A DNA stretch of 63,778 nucleotides, filler included, from Circinaria calcarea (GCA_051942165.1; 28 parts of 28 records of this genome joined end to end with filler, not necessarily neighbours in it); one strand, 5' to 3'; counted from the first letter of the whole stretch, positions 23,253-35,865 are shown. Notes: generated from the sequence alone by a model not told the origin. Numbers and translations are program-made.

Positions 23253-25099
23253 TCACATCAAACAGCCTACACTCCGACTACTCATTAGTTCCCCCCCACC
23301 CAACCGAACCTTCTTCTTCTCGCCGCCAATCAGCAGGTTCCAGCCCCAACTCTCGACCATCCACTCGTACCAGACCTTGCGGCCGTCGGTCTGGCGCCAC
23401 ATGCTGACGGAAAGGGCGGCGTGGTCGGGGATGTAGAGGGGGGTCTGTGATTGATTTTCTGAGTCAGGCGGATGAGGTTTGAACGAAAGGGTTAGAGGGG
23501 GAAGAGGGAGAAGAAGAAAGGGGAAAAGGAAAACGGGGGAAAGGGGGATAAGAGACGTACTTTCAGCGGGAAGAAAATCGGAAACCAGCTAATCATTGCT
23601 TTACTCTTTTTCTCCATCGTATTTGGATGTGTACTCAGTTCGACACTCGTCCCGTCAACAGCGCTGCGGTAGAGCACGGCTTCAAAATAGCCGGCGAGAC
23701 CATGGCAGACGGCGCGGTCATGGGTACGGAAGAGGAGGTGGGCGTGGCGGGTATTGTGGCAGTTGGAAAGCAGGAGAGAGGGTGGTGCGGCGTGAGGTTT
23801 GTGGGTAAAGGTCCATGTGGAGAGTACGAGTGGTGTAGGTGCTAGATCTTGGGCGGAGGAGTCAGGTACGGGCGTGGTGGATGGTTGTTTGTTTTTCTGC
23901 GATGGTTGTCGGCTGGGACTATCAATGGGTCTTGAGGAGGAGAGGGGAGGGGATTGGAGGCTGAGGTAGTCGATGGCATGCAGCCAGACAACAGCGGGGG
24001 TTTCGGGGGCGGTGGCTTCCCAGGTTGCGCGGGTGGAGATGTCGGCGTGGAGTTTGGGGGTGGCGATTGGAGTTATGTAGGCTGTGTAGGAGAAGGGGAT
24101 GGAGATGCCGTGGGTCGGGTTTAGGAGGTGGAGGACTCCGTCGAGACACTCGGGGGAGAGCTCGTTATCACCAAAGGAGCCGAGGAGCTCGGAGATGAGG
24201 ATATCGATTGGGGTATGGCCTGGTTTAATGACATGATTTAAAGAGATGGACGATAAAGATGTAGGGATTTTGGAAGCGCTGTGGTTGTCGTCAGAGGCGA
24301 ATATCTGGGGACTTAATGCGGAGGCGTCCTCACGCCACGGACCCTTCCACGATCGCATATCCGACTGTACGACCGTAACACGATTCTGCCAATCCTCGTA
24401 ATTATGTCTTTGCAGGAGGACATAGGCGTTTGGGTTCTTTTCCACAGCCCACAAGTCAATCTCAACTCCTTCGGTTTCACTTGCGCGGAGTGCTCGTGTA
24501 ACCAGAGGTCCACGACCAGCACCTGCAACGGCTACCACCACTCGTCCATCGGGACTTGACGCCGGTTTTCCTTGGTCGGCCCACTCTCGCAACGCTTTCC
24601 TGATTGCCTGCTCGTAGAGATCATATTTGACGGGATCTTTTTCGAATACTTCGTATGTTTGACTTTCAAGATTATCCGTCAGAGGCTGTAGAGGACTCTG
24701 TAGATAATCTTGATATCCCGCAGCATACCTCTCGACAGTCGATCGAGGAGGCTGCTTGCGTTGCAAGTGCCGCATGTAACTTAGATGAGGTGTAGGATCT
24801 TCAATCTTTTTACCTCTCTTACGTGGAACGTCGGCTGCTTCGGCCGGAGTAGGCGACGGTGCAGCATCAGCCGAAGCACCCGGACTTAAAAACCCATCAG
24901 ACACGGGAATAATCTCGTCAGGATCATCTACACCAGGTATTGGGCCGACATCACAAAGGAGAACCCAGGGCGGGGCCTTGAGACGCATCACCCTGCTGAT
25001 GAAGGCTTGCACAGATTTGGAAAGAGAGGGGTACCCTTCCGAGTTCCGTATGAAAGTTGCAGAGGTCATCGAGAGTAAACGTATGGGCTCCGAGTACCA
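23253..25099 (-). CDS. HSL7: Protein arginine N-methyltransferase 5 (Skb1/Hsl7), 3' part
   Basis: YQDYLQSPLQPLTDNLESQTYEVFEKDPVKY, VAGAGRGPLV, ISELLGSFGDNELSPECLDG, MISWFPIFFPLK; intron about 23447-23560; last exon TPLYIP...VWYEW...GCLM*. Confidence 0.95.
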
Positions 25100-25199
25100 N
25101 NNNNNNNNNNNNNNNNNNNNNNNNNNNNNNNNNNNNNNNNNNNTTAATTAATTAANNNNNNNNNNNNNNNNNNNNNNNNNNNNNNNNNNNNNNNNNNNN

Positions 25200-25454
25200 A
25201 CAAAGCTGTTGAATTGCGGAGTGGAGCATCGTGATGTACGGCCACCGAATGTGCTATGGAATCCCGAGATCAGAAATGTGGTGTTGGTGGACTTTGAGCG
25301 TTCAGAGATCTCGAAGCAGGTGCAAGTTCTCCAAGAGATAGGGTCGAACCGGACGCGGAAGCATCTCTGCTCCACCCGACGGGCATCGTGCAGTGGCAGA
25401 TCTCACCAGAGATTCTTTGCCCTCATTGTCTATCAAGCCCAACACATACGCTGA
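25200..25454 (+). CDS. C-terminal fragment of a fungal kinase-like protein
   Basis: GVEHRDVRPPNVLW...VVLVDFERS, resembling the catalytic loop and DFx motif. Confidence 0.65.
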   Translation, partial: TKLLNCGVEHRDVRPPNVLWNPEIRNVVLVDFERSEISKQVQVLQEIGSNRTRKHLCSTRRASCSGRSHQRFFALIVYQAQHIR

Positions 25455-26289
25455 TCACCGATCGCCGATCGCCTCACAGTGCTCTTGGGAATGACGCCAA
25501 AGGTAGCAGCAGCATTAGGCTCATGTGACGAATATATTAAAAGTTGAGCTGCAGGCTGTTCCGAATGGAGGAATCACATTCCCTGCGTGACTCATGAACC
25601 ATGCATTCCAAATTAAATCGAATAAAGGATTTTGATTTTGATTCCGAGCCAACCATTGAGCTGTGGGTGCTGCGGCTTCCACAACGTAGTGCGGGCACCA
25701 ATAGTAACTTATTCATGATTTCTGCCATCCCACGCAAGCTATTAGATCGAAGACTCACTCCATTCTGACTTCAAAACACAAGATACGAACATTTCGGAAA
25801 GTAGGCGCACTCGTTATATTCGTACCATTACTCATTGCTACCCTTACTACTAGGATGGCTTCTGTTGAAATTAAGGAACCAATAAATGCTTGTGATTTCA
25901 GGACAGGCACCCGCACCGACGAATCCAGATATATCTATGAGGCATCCGACTGTGGCCAAGCAACTTGCAAATATTCGACAAACTACGTACCTCCCCCAGC
26001 TCAACAGTAGAATGGGTAAATACAGCGATTTGCCTCAATGAAAGCGCTAATCATAGCAATTAAGTTTATCCCGAACTACAGACTGGGGTAGCAAAGTATG
26101 GAGGTAGGGGGTAGGACACAGTAAGGAGGTTCATTCAATGAAGTTGATTTAGCTATTCTATTTAAACAGCTTAATTAGATAGGAAATCTCAACAGTTCAT
26201 TTGGCATTGTTCTCTTGAAATAGAAATCGTAATCAACCTCGGGCCTCGCGAACTTGGAATAGAAAATCTCGAAGCTCTAATAATCCATA

Positions 26290-26765
26290 TTAAATTATTC
26301 TCGGGTTTTGCGAACTTGAAATCCTCACTCGTCCACCCTCGCGTCCCAGCCTTGAAACTTAATTTTTCTCCCTTACGTTAACAAGAATCGAAGTCTCCGA
26401 TAACCGGAGTGTCCCCATTCATCAGGATGTTATTTAGGTTGAGATCGCAATGTATAAGATCCAAATTGTGAAGATGCTGAACACCCTTCTAAATACCCCG
26501 CAAAAAGAGGCCTCTATCTCAAGGGCGTGAGCCCTTAGTTACCCTTTCTAGCAAATTCATGCCATACTTGATAAAATAAAGGCCGGTTATTCTATTATTC
26601 TCGACCATGCATCCAAGATATTGAGCGATATTAGGGTGGGGAGATACCCTTAGGGTCTCGCAGATTTCAGCCTCATTCAACAGAAGACTACTCAATTTAG
26701 TGTAGGCCTCGGTGTTACCGTAATATAGTAGACTAGATCGCTTCACATAATATTTAAGATAATGT
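26290..26765 (-). pseudogene. Ser/Thr kinase-like pseudogene with in-frame stops
   Basis: HPNIAQYLGC...HLHNLDLIHCDLNLNNILM...VIGDFDSC...AGTRGW, interrupted by stops at 26519, 26489 and 26378. Confidence 0.8.
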
Positions 26766-28428
26766 GTCAAACCTTTTAGGTTTAGCTTCTCGGTCCTACG
26801 TTGTCCCGAGCGCACACACACACTTAGATAGATTCCCTCGCTGCATTACATGCAGCATAGTAGACACGATACATACACAGCATAGCAATCATACACGCAG
26901 TTGTAGTAGGACTCGTTTGTTCACTCCTTTTATCGATGCCATATCGTGACACCGTAGCTTGACATAATGGCTCAGGCGCTCGTGTGAACTGTGCTGGGAA
27001 TAGTGGCTAGATTTGCGAAGCTGGAATCGGGACAAGTTCGAGTTCAAGTAGATCGATTTCGGAAGTGACGGGGTAACAACGACTAATAATCGCATAGTAG
27101 TATTGCTCGCCCTCTCTAAGTATAATCTTAATATGGGAAAATATAAAAATTTTATCCACTTCGACGAATACCTCGTTTTATTCGCAAACTTTTATATACT
27201 ACTTTAATAAAAAATAATAATTAATATAATTAAACGCACTTACCAATAATTAAATAAAATTAAATAAAATAAAGCACCGGAAAATTACGAAATATTATTT
27301 TTTATAAAAAATTTAATTAATTAATTTCAAAAATTTAAATTATTTTTATTTCGTTACCGCGTATTTTTCGGAATAATTATATATNNNNNNNNNNNNNNNN
27401 NNNNNNNNNNNNNNNNNNNNNNNNNNNNTTAATTAATTAANNNNNNNNNNNNNNNNNNNNNNNNNNNNNNNNNNNNNNNNNNNNGGGGGAAAGAGGGATG
27501 GTAACGTGAAGGAAACACAAATACTCCGCTCTGCTCTTTACCATAGGCATAGGCAAAGACGCGGCTGGCGAGAATGAGCTTCGATGGTCCTGGATACAGA
27601 AGAAATCAGAGTGGTATGTGGCATAACCGGACTGCTACGGTGCAATGCGCATCGTGAAGGTTTATGTAACAGCTGAATCTAATCCTACGGCTGTACTGCT
27701 GAACCCGCTAGCTGCTCCCATGTGTGTGTTGTGTGTGTGCGTAAATTCTCCGTATATGATCCAAAATCCCCCAAAAGTCCTCCTATCCCTTGTGCCACAG
27801 CCATTCCGAAAACCAATGCTTCTCCCATCCGGCTGCATCTATCTCTGCTCTAGTAGCAAAAGCGAGAATGGGAGAGAGGTGTAACACACTTAGGATCATA
27901 CAAGTATAAAATTAAAGCCAGGCGAGGCCCCTATGGCCTGGGCCAGCAGCCAGAAAAAGCTCGTGCCGGATAAGCAAATAGTAATGGGCTGTGGAATTTG
28001 GGCCACTGATGGGCGGTGTTCGGGGGTTGAAGGAGCATAATTTAGCAGGTTACTAGAATCAAAAGTAGACAATGACGAGAGCGGGAGGAAACGGGGGTAA
28101 AGACATGTCTAGGCGAGAACGTGACGTGACGAGGCGGCAAAGGGGACAGTAGTACCAGAGAAGTGCGAGAGGAACAGTAAGCTTGGGGAAGGATGATGGT
28201 AATAGCGGCAAGAAGTAGGTGTGGTTGAGAACAATAGAAAATAAAAGAAGGCATTGGTGTAGGATGGGAGGCTGAGGTCGAATTGTTACGAGAAAAGTAA
28301 CAAGCAGTCCTCATTCGTAACGGTTACATCAGTTTCACCAAGGTCTGTGCATATGATGTAGAGGCCACACTGGAAACTTGGCAGAATCAAAGCACGGTAG
28401 TGTTGGGAGGAGGATACTGATTTCAAAA

Positions 28429-29668
28429 CTAGGTTACAATCGATTGCGACTTGCTCCAAGCATCATGCAACTTCTTTTGCCTCTCCCAATCCTTCCTCAA
28501 CTTCTTCGACCGACTTTTGGTGATCTCCTCTCCAGATGCATCCATGGTTGGAAGGCCGTCCGCATCCCAGGCACTGTACTCCTTCGTGCGGAACATGTCC
28601 AAATGGCTCAAGCTACCCTTTTCCGCCTTGAAGGCTACCTCCTTCTCCCTATCCACCTTGGCTTTCTGCTTTTGCCGCTCGCGGTCTTCCTTCTCGTGTC
28701 GGGCTGCTAGTAGTTCTCGTGAAACAAGACGGACAAGAGCGGGCTGATCGCCTTCTCTATCCTCGAGATAGATTCCATGGTTCCAGAGATCCACATCTCG
28801 AAGTCGGTCGCAGCGCTGTAGAATGTCTCTTGATATGTTTGTATTGGAAGCCGCCAAGGCGTCGATTTCCTTGACGAAATTCGAAACAATACTAGTATAG
28901 GGTTCAGCTTCATTATGGGTAGATAATAGCTCATGTAGCTGCTGGGTATTTATGTCGGTTGGAGTAATGCCCTTTGCCGACCGCGTTTTCCGCCGTAGCT
29001 CATCTCGAACTTCTGACAAAGGGTAAATGAATGGGACTGCAGCTTCTGGTATCGATATTCCGGACCACCCGATGGTACTATCGGCGGCAGATGCTGATCC
29101 GTTAAGACCAAAGATATTAACCATGGACGTTACCCACTTGGCAACGTCCTTCGTCCTCTGCTCATCTCTCTGAGACTTGTCGGCGGTATTGTATGTTGAA
29201 ATCAGCTCCGAAATTTTGGTCATTGCCGACGGTGTATTGAAAGAATCGCAAAGAGCATTATATGTCTCTAGTTGTGCTTTGCCCAAGGCTTCAGCGAGCT
29301 TTTGAGAGTCGATTCTATCCCCACTAGGTGAGTTGTCGGCTTGTCTCTCGAGTAAATCATTGACATTGATAAAAAAATTCTAACCAAGATCAGCTTGGGG
29401 TTTAACAGGCGAAGTTTCCGGATGTATTTATGTGCAGCCTTTGACTTACGTTGACCTTATCTTCCCACGCAGAACCTGCCTTCACCAAATCATCCGTGAT
29501 CTCGATACCCTCCTTCCAACCTCCCAAAAGAAAAACTATACGCAGTGCACGAGGTGTCCAATCCCCTCTCTCCAAAGCCTCTCTGATGGTTGTAAAGTTC
29601 TTCAAGGATTTTGACATTTTCGACCCTTGTATCGATAAATGTCCCATATGCATGAAGTAATTAACCCA
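28429..29668 (-). CDS. Cysteinyl-tRNA synthetase, 3' part
   Basis: [22 protein letters not shown] (KMSKS), [20 protein letters not shown]; intron about 29380-29448. Confidence 0.95.
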
Positions 29669-29768
29669 NNNNNNNNNNNNNNNNNNNNNNNNNNNNNNNN
29701 NNNNNNNNNNNNTTAATTAATTAANNNNNNNNNNNNNNNNNNNNNNNNNNNNNNNNNNNNNNNNNNNN

Positions 29769-30396
29769 TCTCCCGGCCCTTCGCCCAGCATATCGAATTC
29801 TGCCTCAAGGTTAAAGGGTAGCTCCGCTCGAAGTGGATCGGTCGCCTCGACGCGGGACGGCAAGGAGGCTAAGGAGCCCCTTGTCAAGGTTGAGGAAGGT
29901 CCTGAAGGTATCAATGGCCCGTCCGCAGAACGAGCAGGGAAATTCTTCAAAGGGGCCGAAGTTGCATACAAGCAGCAAAAAATCAAGGAAGACGGAAGCC
30001 AGTGGATTCAATGCATCATTATCAACATAGTTGAGGTGGGAAACAAGAAACGGTCGGTCATGCTGCCTTTCCCCAGATTCCTTATTACACTCTACTGAAT
30101 CCGCAACATCAAGGTACGAAGTCCAAGATCCTGAACCCGACGAAACCGGTGCCCCAGGCCAGATTTACAAAACCTCTGCTTCAGCACTAATCGCTATTCC
30201 TCCCCCCGACGCAATTCTCTCAGAATACCCCGTGGGCAAGCACGTTCTTGCTCGCTACCCAGAAACCACAACATTTTACCGCGCGGAGGTCACGGGGATG
30301 AAGAAGGACGTCTGCAGGCTGAAGTTTGAGGACGATCAGAATCAGGAGATGGAAGTCGACCGGAGGTTTGTATTGGAACTGGGTAATAAGCAATGA
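29769..30396 (+). CDS. SGF29: SAGA-associated factor 29 (double Tudor), 3' part
   Basis: GAEVAYK...QWIQCII, intron 30053-30113, YEVQDPEPDE...VLARYPETTTFYRAEV...LKFEDD. Confidence 0.92.
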
Positions 30397-32408
30397 TCCT
30401 CTAGACATTTACAGAGGACATTGAAAAGGGGGCGTATTGGTTTCTTGAAAAGATACCCTGGGCTTCCGGTCACTATATGTATGGAGCGAAGAGGCTTCGG
30501 AAAGGGTTTGTATGTTTAACAGAATAGATCACGAGTGTATGAATACATAGAATATAAATTTTACCATCGTTGGCTTAGGGGTGGGAGAGACCCATCTAAG
30601 CTATATTATTGAGGAGTTACTTCAATCCTTAATGAATACACCACCGTCCTTGTTCGCCCAAGCGTCTAACATTCGACTGGATCCAAGGTATACATATATA
30701 CCTCATCCAGCATCTAGTTGCCCCCTAAGAAAATCGTCTCGTCTCCCAGGGACAAGAAATGAGAATTCGATAAGAATAGGTAGGAGTGTTGGCAGAAATG
30801 GAGTATATTGTCTCGTTATGACCACCGTGTATAGTCTCGTATTCACCTACGCACAGCAGCGAGACGAAGGCAGTACTGAGCGTCAACGAACTCTAACCTC
30901 CATGTGGAAGCTGAATCTGGACACTTTTAATCTTACGAGTGCATGTGATTAGGAGGATTTATGGTAGACTACTGTTAGCGAGAAACTCGGGTCTTCTACA
31001 GATGCCGGCACTACTTTGTAGGCTAGCCCCCAACCTGATTGGCGTCATCGTACCCCCTGCAGTAGAGGTATCCTACAGACGGCATTATTCAGGGGACAAG
31101 GCCGACCGATGATTGAGGAATTATCAACAATAAATTACCCGACTACCCTACTTGACTCACCACTGCCGTCCAATTCACCTATTGTCCTGATTGTTATCAC
31201 TTTCAAGGTAGCTGTACTCTGTGACGACATTAACCAATCGGCTGTTTGAGGTGGAAGCAAAACACGGCGGCACCTTTCGGAGTACGGAGTACCAAAGTTC
31301 AAGATGAGGTCGCGTTCGTACTGACCCACGAGCCGGAGAATAACATGTTTGCTTCGAGGACACGCTGCAGTCACGGCAAGGAATGAACTAGGCGGCCTCG
31401 CAGCATGGCATGACGACAGGGAGTTGATTGCCTGTACGACATACTCTCAGTCAAATCGAACAAGACCCGGCCGGGAACCTCGTCGTGGTCGTTTCGCTCG
31501 AAAATCCCACCGGCATACCACCGAAGGTACTTCCGCAGCAACCTGCAGCGACTGTACACGACATGACAGCAGCTGCTGCCAACGTGCAATTCACGGCTCC
31601 TGAAAATATTCGTCCAGATGATGTGGGGTTAGGAGGTATGCCCCATGCTCTCCCCTAGGATTCGCCTGCCCGGGTCCTTGCATAGCTGAACCAGAAAGCG
31701 CTTGCTTACAGATGAGTTAGCAGAGGGGCGGGCACGCAAACGCTTTCAGAAGAGCTCGTCAGAAACGGCGTTTGCCTTTCGCCGACCGGAAATACCTCCA
31801 TCTTCGACAACCTGCACCAATGAAGCACGATCGAATTTTACTAGCCGAAGGAGACCATCGATCAGAGACCCAAAGGTGCCTTTAGGCCCACGCCCGGTAG
31901 AGCGTTCTCCATCCAAACGGTATGCATATTGAATACTGGGTGTCTTTCTNNNNNNNNNNNNNNNNNNNNNNNNNNNNNNNNNNNNNNNNNNNNTTAATTA
32001 ATTAANNNNNNNNNNNNNNNNNNNNNNNNNNNNNNNNNNNNNNNNNNNNAGCACACAGCACACAGCATCAATTGCACAGGCTGAGGTGGGGACCCGCAAC
32101 GCGTGTGGCTGGTGTCTCAGATACCCTCGGGATATTGTTCTCCAAAAGCTAGTGGATAGCCAACCATGTCTTTTCCCTCCCACCGCGAAAAGGAGTCGAG
32201 ACGTCTCACATTCTTGAGATATGGCAGAAGCCTGATTCCCTTTGTTTCCACCGAGGCTTTACTTTCTCCGTGACATTTCAATACCATTTGGTCAAGCTGT
32301 ATCTCTAAATGCTAAAATACAGAGATTTCATTAGGGTAGGCATCGGCTACCTACAAAATTTCTGACTGGCTGCTTGAAGCTGTTGTGATCACTATATCGT
32401 CGATTACA

Positions 32409-34229
32409 ATGGCCGCACAGGGAAATAGCAAGGATTATGGATACGACTACATTATCTGCGGGTATCCATTCCGATGGCTCACCTTACCGGTCAACAGTTG
32501 ACATTAGTACAGTGGAGGCACAGCCGGCTGCGTCATTGCTGGTCGTCTTGCAGAGGATCCCACAGTAACTATCCTCGTCGTCGAGGCTGGAAGTAGCAAT
32601 GAAAAGGTCCCATACTCTGCTATACCGGCTGGGTAAGCTTGCTTTATACAAACTCAATGTCGAACTACCCTGACTAGATTTGAAGAGTTTCTCAGATCCT
32701 CGGTACTGATGCCGACTGGAATATCCAAAGTCAGCCATGTGCGCAGCTGGGAAATCGCGAAATCCATTTGGCCCGAGGAAAGTATGTTGTGGGTACGCTG
32801 CTTAGGAGGTGGAGCAGAGTCTGATTTATACAATAGATTCCTTGGTGGTACTAGTGGCTGCAATGGAACTTTGTGCATCCGCGGAACTCGACAAGACTAC
32901 GACAGTTGGGAGCTTGAAGGTTGGAGTGGTAACGAGTTCTTCGATTACATGTCAAAGGTGTTTCTTGACCGTGGACTTGGATCCCAACAATTTGCAAAAC
33001 TAACACCTGACAGGCGGAAACTCTCCACAGCAAACCATGGTTCGAAGCCAACGAAACAGCTCATGGATATAATGGGCCTCTTCACACAGCCCCCCATGAT
33101 CCTGCCCCAATATCCAACCTTGTCCTCGAATCTTATCAGTCTAAGGGCTTGCCCTTGATTCCGGATCTCTTCACTTCAGGAGAGAGTTCGTATGGATGCG
33201 GCCATGCAATCAGAACGGTATTCCAGGGCGTTCGTAGCTCTGCAGCGGACTACATCACTAAAGAAAACGTTCGAACTAATATTGAGGTTGAGACCAATTC
33301 ACTTGTGAATCGAGTGGTCCTCGAAAACTTTAACGGTAAACTACGTGCCACAGGAATCGAGACACAGAATGCCACCGGTGATAGAAGGGTGATTGAAGCC
33401 CGCAAGGAGGTCATCTTATCAGCAGGGGCATATGGCAGTCCAGCCGTTTTACTCCGATCCGGTATTGGGCCTAAGACCGAGGTTGAGAAGCACGGGATCA
33501 AGAGTCGACTAGATCTTCCAGGAGTGGGCAAGAACCTAAGTGATCATCTCGTGAGTTAGCCTTTCCCCTAAGTTATGATTATTCCCTTCAACCAATGACC
33601 TTCTATCTCCTTCGACAGCGGCACCCGTTGAGAGCTGAACCCTAATAGTCAATAGGTCATGCTTACCTTTTACGAAGTATCCAAACCTAAAATCACCAAC
33701 GACTACCTAATATGGCATGACGGTGCCAAAGAAAAGTCAGCTGCACAATGGCAAAAAGACAGGACTGGATTTTTTTCCCAATTTCCATTTGGTACATTTG
33801 CCTATACTCGCTTAGACGACCGCTTAGCCGACTCTCCATTATGGCAGCAGACAGCACGCGAAAATGAACGAGATCCAATGGGTCTTATGCATAGCCAGCC
33901 TCATGTAGAGTTTTGGAACACGGAATGTTATAGTCCAAAACATCTATATAAGGACTTCCCTTCTAATGACAAGCATGCCTTTGCTATGGCCACCGAATTC
34001 TTTTCACCAAAGTCACGAGGAGAGGTCACCCTTCATTCAGCAGATCCGACGCAGAATCCAATCGTTGACCATAATTATCTCAACGACCCTCTTGATCTCC
34101 TCGTCTTTAGTGAAGCTTGCAGGCTAGGGAATGAGATTGTCATGGAAGGGGATGGCACCAAGGATCTCATCAAAGGCTCCTGGCCGGCGCATCTTACCCA
34201 TCACACCTACAAGACTCGAGAAGAATGGG
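32409..34229 (+). CDS. GMC oxidoreductase (AA3), multi-exon, 3' truncated
   Basis: YDYIICG/GGTAGCVIAGRL, EAG, RG(K)/LGGTSGCNG, VILSAGAYGSPAVLLRSGIG, PGVGKNLSDH, PKSRGEVTL; about 6 short GT-AG introns. Confidence 0.93.
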
Positions 34230-34329
34230 NNNNNNNNNNNNNNNNNNNNNNNNNNNNNNNNNNNNNNNNNNNNTTAATTAATTAANNNNNNNNNNNNNNN
34301 NNNNNNNNNNNNNNNNNNNNNNNNNNNNN

Positions 34330-34827
34330 TTCTGCCGGAATGTTATCGCGGACCCTGCGAATCGCATGGGTATCGCCAGCTTGCGGCTGAAAGAAGCCGG
34401 GCAAGGCAAGCGGTCAGTAAGGGAGCTGGCCAGCTACATTGAGAGTCTCGAGGAGGATATCCCCGAGCAAACAAGGGAAGAGCAACGAGCATGGGTATTG
34501 CTTAACGCTCTTAAGTCGGAGCTACGCAGCGCGGTCCTGCGTGAAGAAAGGACTATTGAGTCCAGACAGCAAGTGATTACCTCCGCGCAGAGGCAACACG
34601 AGTTAGAGGCCCTGACAAAGCCTCGAGAGCGAGACGCACGCGAAACGCGTGATAAGAGCGAGCGAGGCGCAGAAACCTCGCAGGATGCGAGCAAGAGGAG
34701 AGAAGGGAGCGACCGGGGCCCTCACTGCTACCAATGCGGTAAGGAAGGGCATATCGCTCGGAGGTGTCCGCAGGCTACAGGCGCTGCAGCAACGGCAAGG
34801 AATGCCGAAACAGTGCCTCGCATTTGA
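34330..34827 (+). CDS. Retrotransposon Gag, C-terminal part with zinc knuckle
   Basis: QGKRSVRELASYIESL (major-homology-region-like), NALKSELR, CYQCGKEGHIARRC (CX2CX4HX4C), stop at 34825-34827. Confidence 0.88.
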   Translation, partial: FCRNVIADPANRMGIASLRLKEAGQGKRSVRELASYIESLEEDIPEQTREEQRAWVLLNALKSELRSAVLREERTIESRQQVITSAQRQHELEALTKPRERDARETRDKSERGAETSQDASKRREGSDRGPHCYQCGKEGHIARRCPQATGAAATARNAETVPRI

Positions 34828-34842
34828 GATGCTTGGTTAGTC

Positions 34843-35405
34843 CTATCCTGTGGGGATAGAAGGTCCCACCCTCGTGTGGAAGGCTTGCGCGTCGCAAGCG
34901 AGTCCTACGGTCCTCGTGATTGTGGAAGGTCCCACCTCTGTGTGGAAGGTCCCATCTTGTATGGAAGGCTTGCGAGAAGCAGGCGAGTCCCATGCGTCTG
35001 TCGTATGGAAGGTCCCACCGTAGTGTGGAAGGTGTGCGATAAGCACGCGAGTCCTATAGGATTCGTATTGGGAGTAAGTTAAAACCGCCGGAAGAACAAA
35101 CCTATATAAAGTTGCAGACCACTAGGCAAGTCTGGCTTTAGGGGCGTTTATGAAGGGGAACCGAAAACTTTACGCGGAATCTATAGAAGGTCCCACCTCG
35201 TGTGGAAGGTCCCACCCTCGTGTGGAAGGCGTCGCATCTGGTGCGCACGCGAGTCCCATGCGTTTATCGTATGGAAGGTCCCACCTCGTGTGGAAGGCGC
35301 ATGTGTTGCGTATCGTCCTGCGGTCCTCGTGGCCGTGGTAGGTCCCACCTTGAGTGGAAGGCGTCGCATTCGTTGCGCGCGCGAGTCCTATGCGCTTGCG
35401 TATAG
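34843..35405 (+). repeat. Two blocks of repeated stem-loops joined by AAGGTC/AAGG/CGAGTC linkers
   Basis: Recurrent GGAAGGTCCCAC...GTGG motif with interspersed variable hairpins in 34843-35060 and 35180-35405. Confidence 0.85.
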
Positions 35406-35506
35406 ATGACCTATTCATTTAGGGCAGTTTGTGACGCTTTAGAGACGGTTGAGATTGAGATAAGGATAAGGGATTGGGGACCAACCCCTCCGAAGGGGGG
35501 GATAAT

Positions 35507-35766
35507 TGTTAGGGATGCCAAGATCTTGGCACTAACAAGCTGGTCGCCTAAAGGCTTGGCTTATCAGAGGTATAAGGAGAGGCCCAGCCTTCCTTCTCCT
35601 CTTCGCTCTTCAGCGTTCAGTTTCTGTTACCAATACTTGGCAACGCGGCTGTCATTACAGCGGCATTACGCTGATCTACTATGGTAGATACGATTGATAC
35701 CTTGTCATTACTACTCGGTGACACGTGCACCCTATAGTACGAGAGAGATTGACAACTGCGTTGACA
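35507..35766 (+). repeat. LTR (260 bp)
   Basis: TGTTA...TGACA ends; preceded by polypurine tract GAAGGGGGGGA (about 35492-35502); TATAA at 35571; followed by PBS 35770-35779. Confidence 0.78.
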
Positions 35767-35769
35767 ATT

Positions 35770-35779
35770 CTGAACGCTG
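35770..35779 (+). promoter_or_regulatory. Self-priming primer-binding site
   Basis: CTGAACGCTG, 3 nt after the LTR end, is the exact reverse complement of CAGCGTTCAG at 35611-35620, about 35-40 nt downstream of the TATA box. Confidence 0.75.
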
Positions 35780-35865
35780 CCCAGGCAAGGTATCGCGGGG
35801 GGTTCGAGATCAGTTGATTTGGATAGACACGTGCGACTCCGTTGCGTATCGCCAACGCACCTACG

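Noticed and set aside
23281..23300. Possible homopolymer frameshift at the PRMT5 3' end
   Set aside because: Recounting gives GGT GGG GGG GAA CTA in frame to ...GCLM*.
34843..35405. CRISPR-like repeat/spacer appearance
   Set aside because: Repeats are short and irregularly spaced, the spacers are related to each other and self-complementary, there are no cas genes, and the context is a eukaryotic retroelement.
35507..35723. Shorter LTR ending at GGTGACA (35723)
   Set aside because: The end at 35766 is directly followed by the self-complementary PBS and includes the pairing stem, so it fits better.
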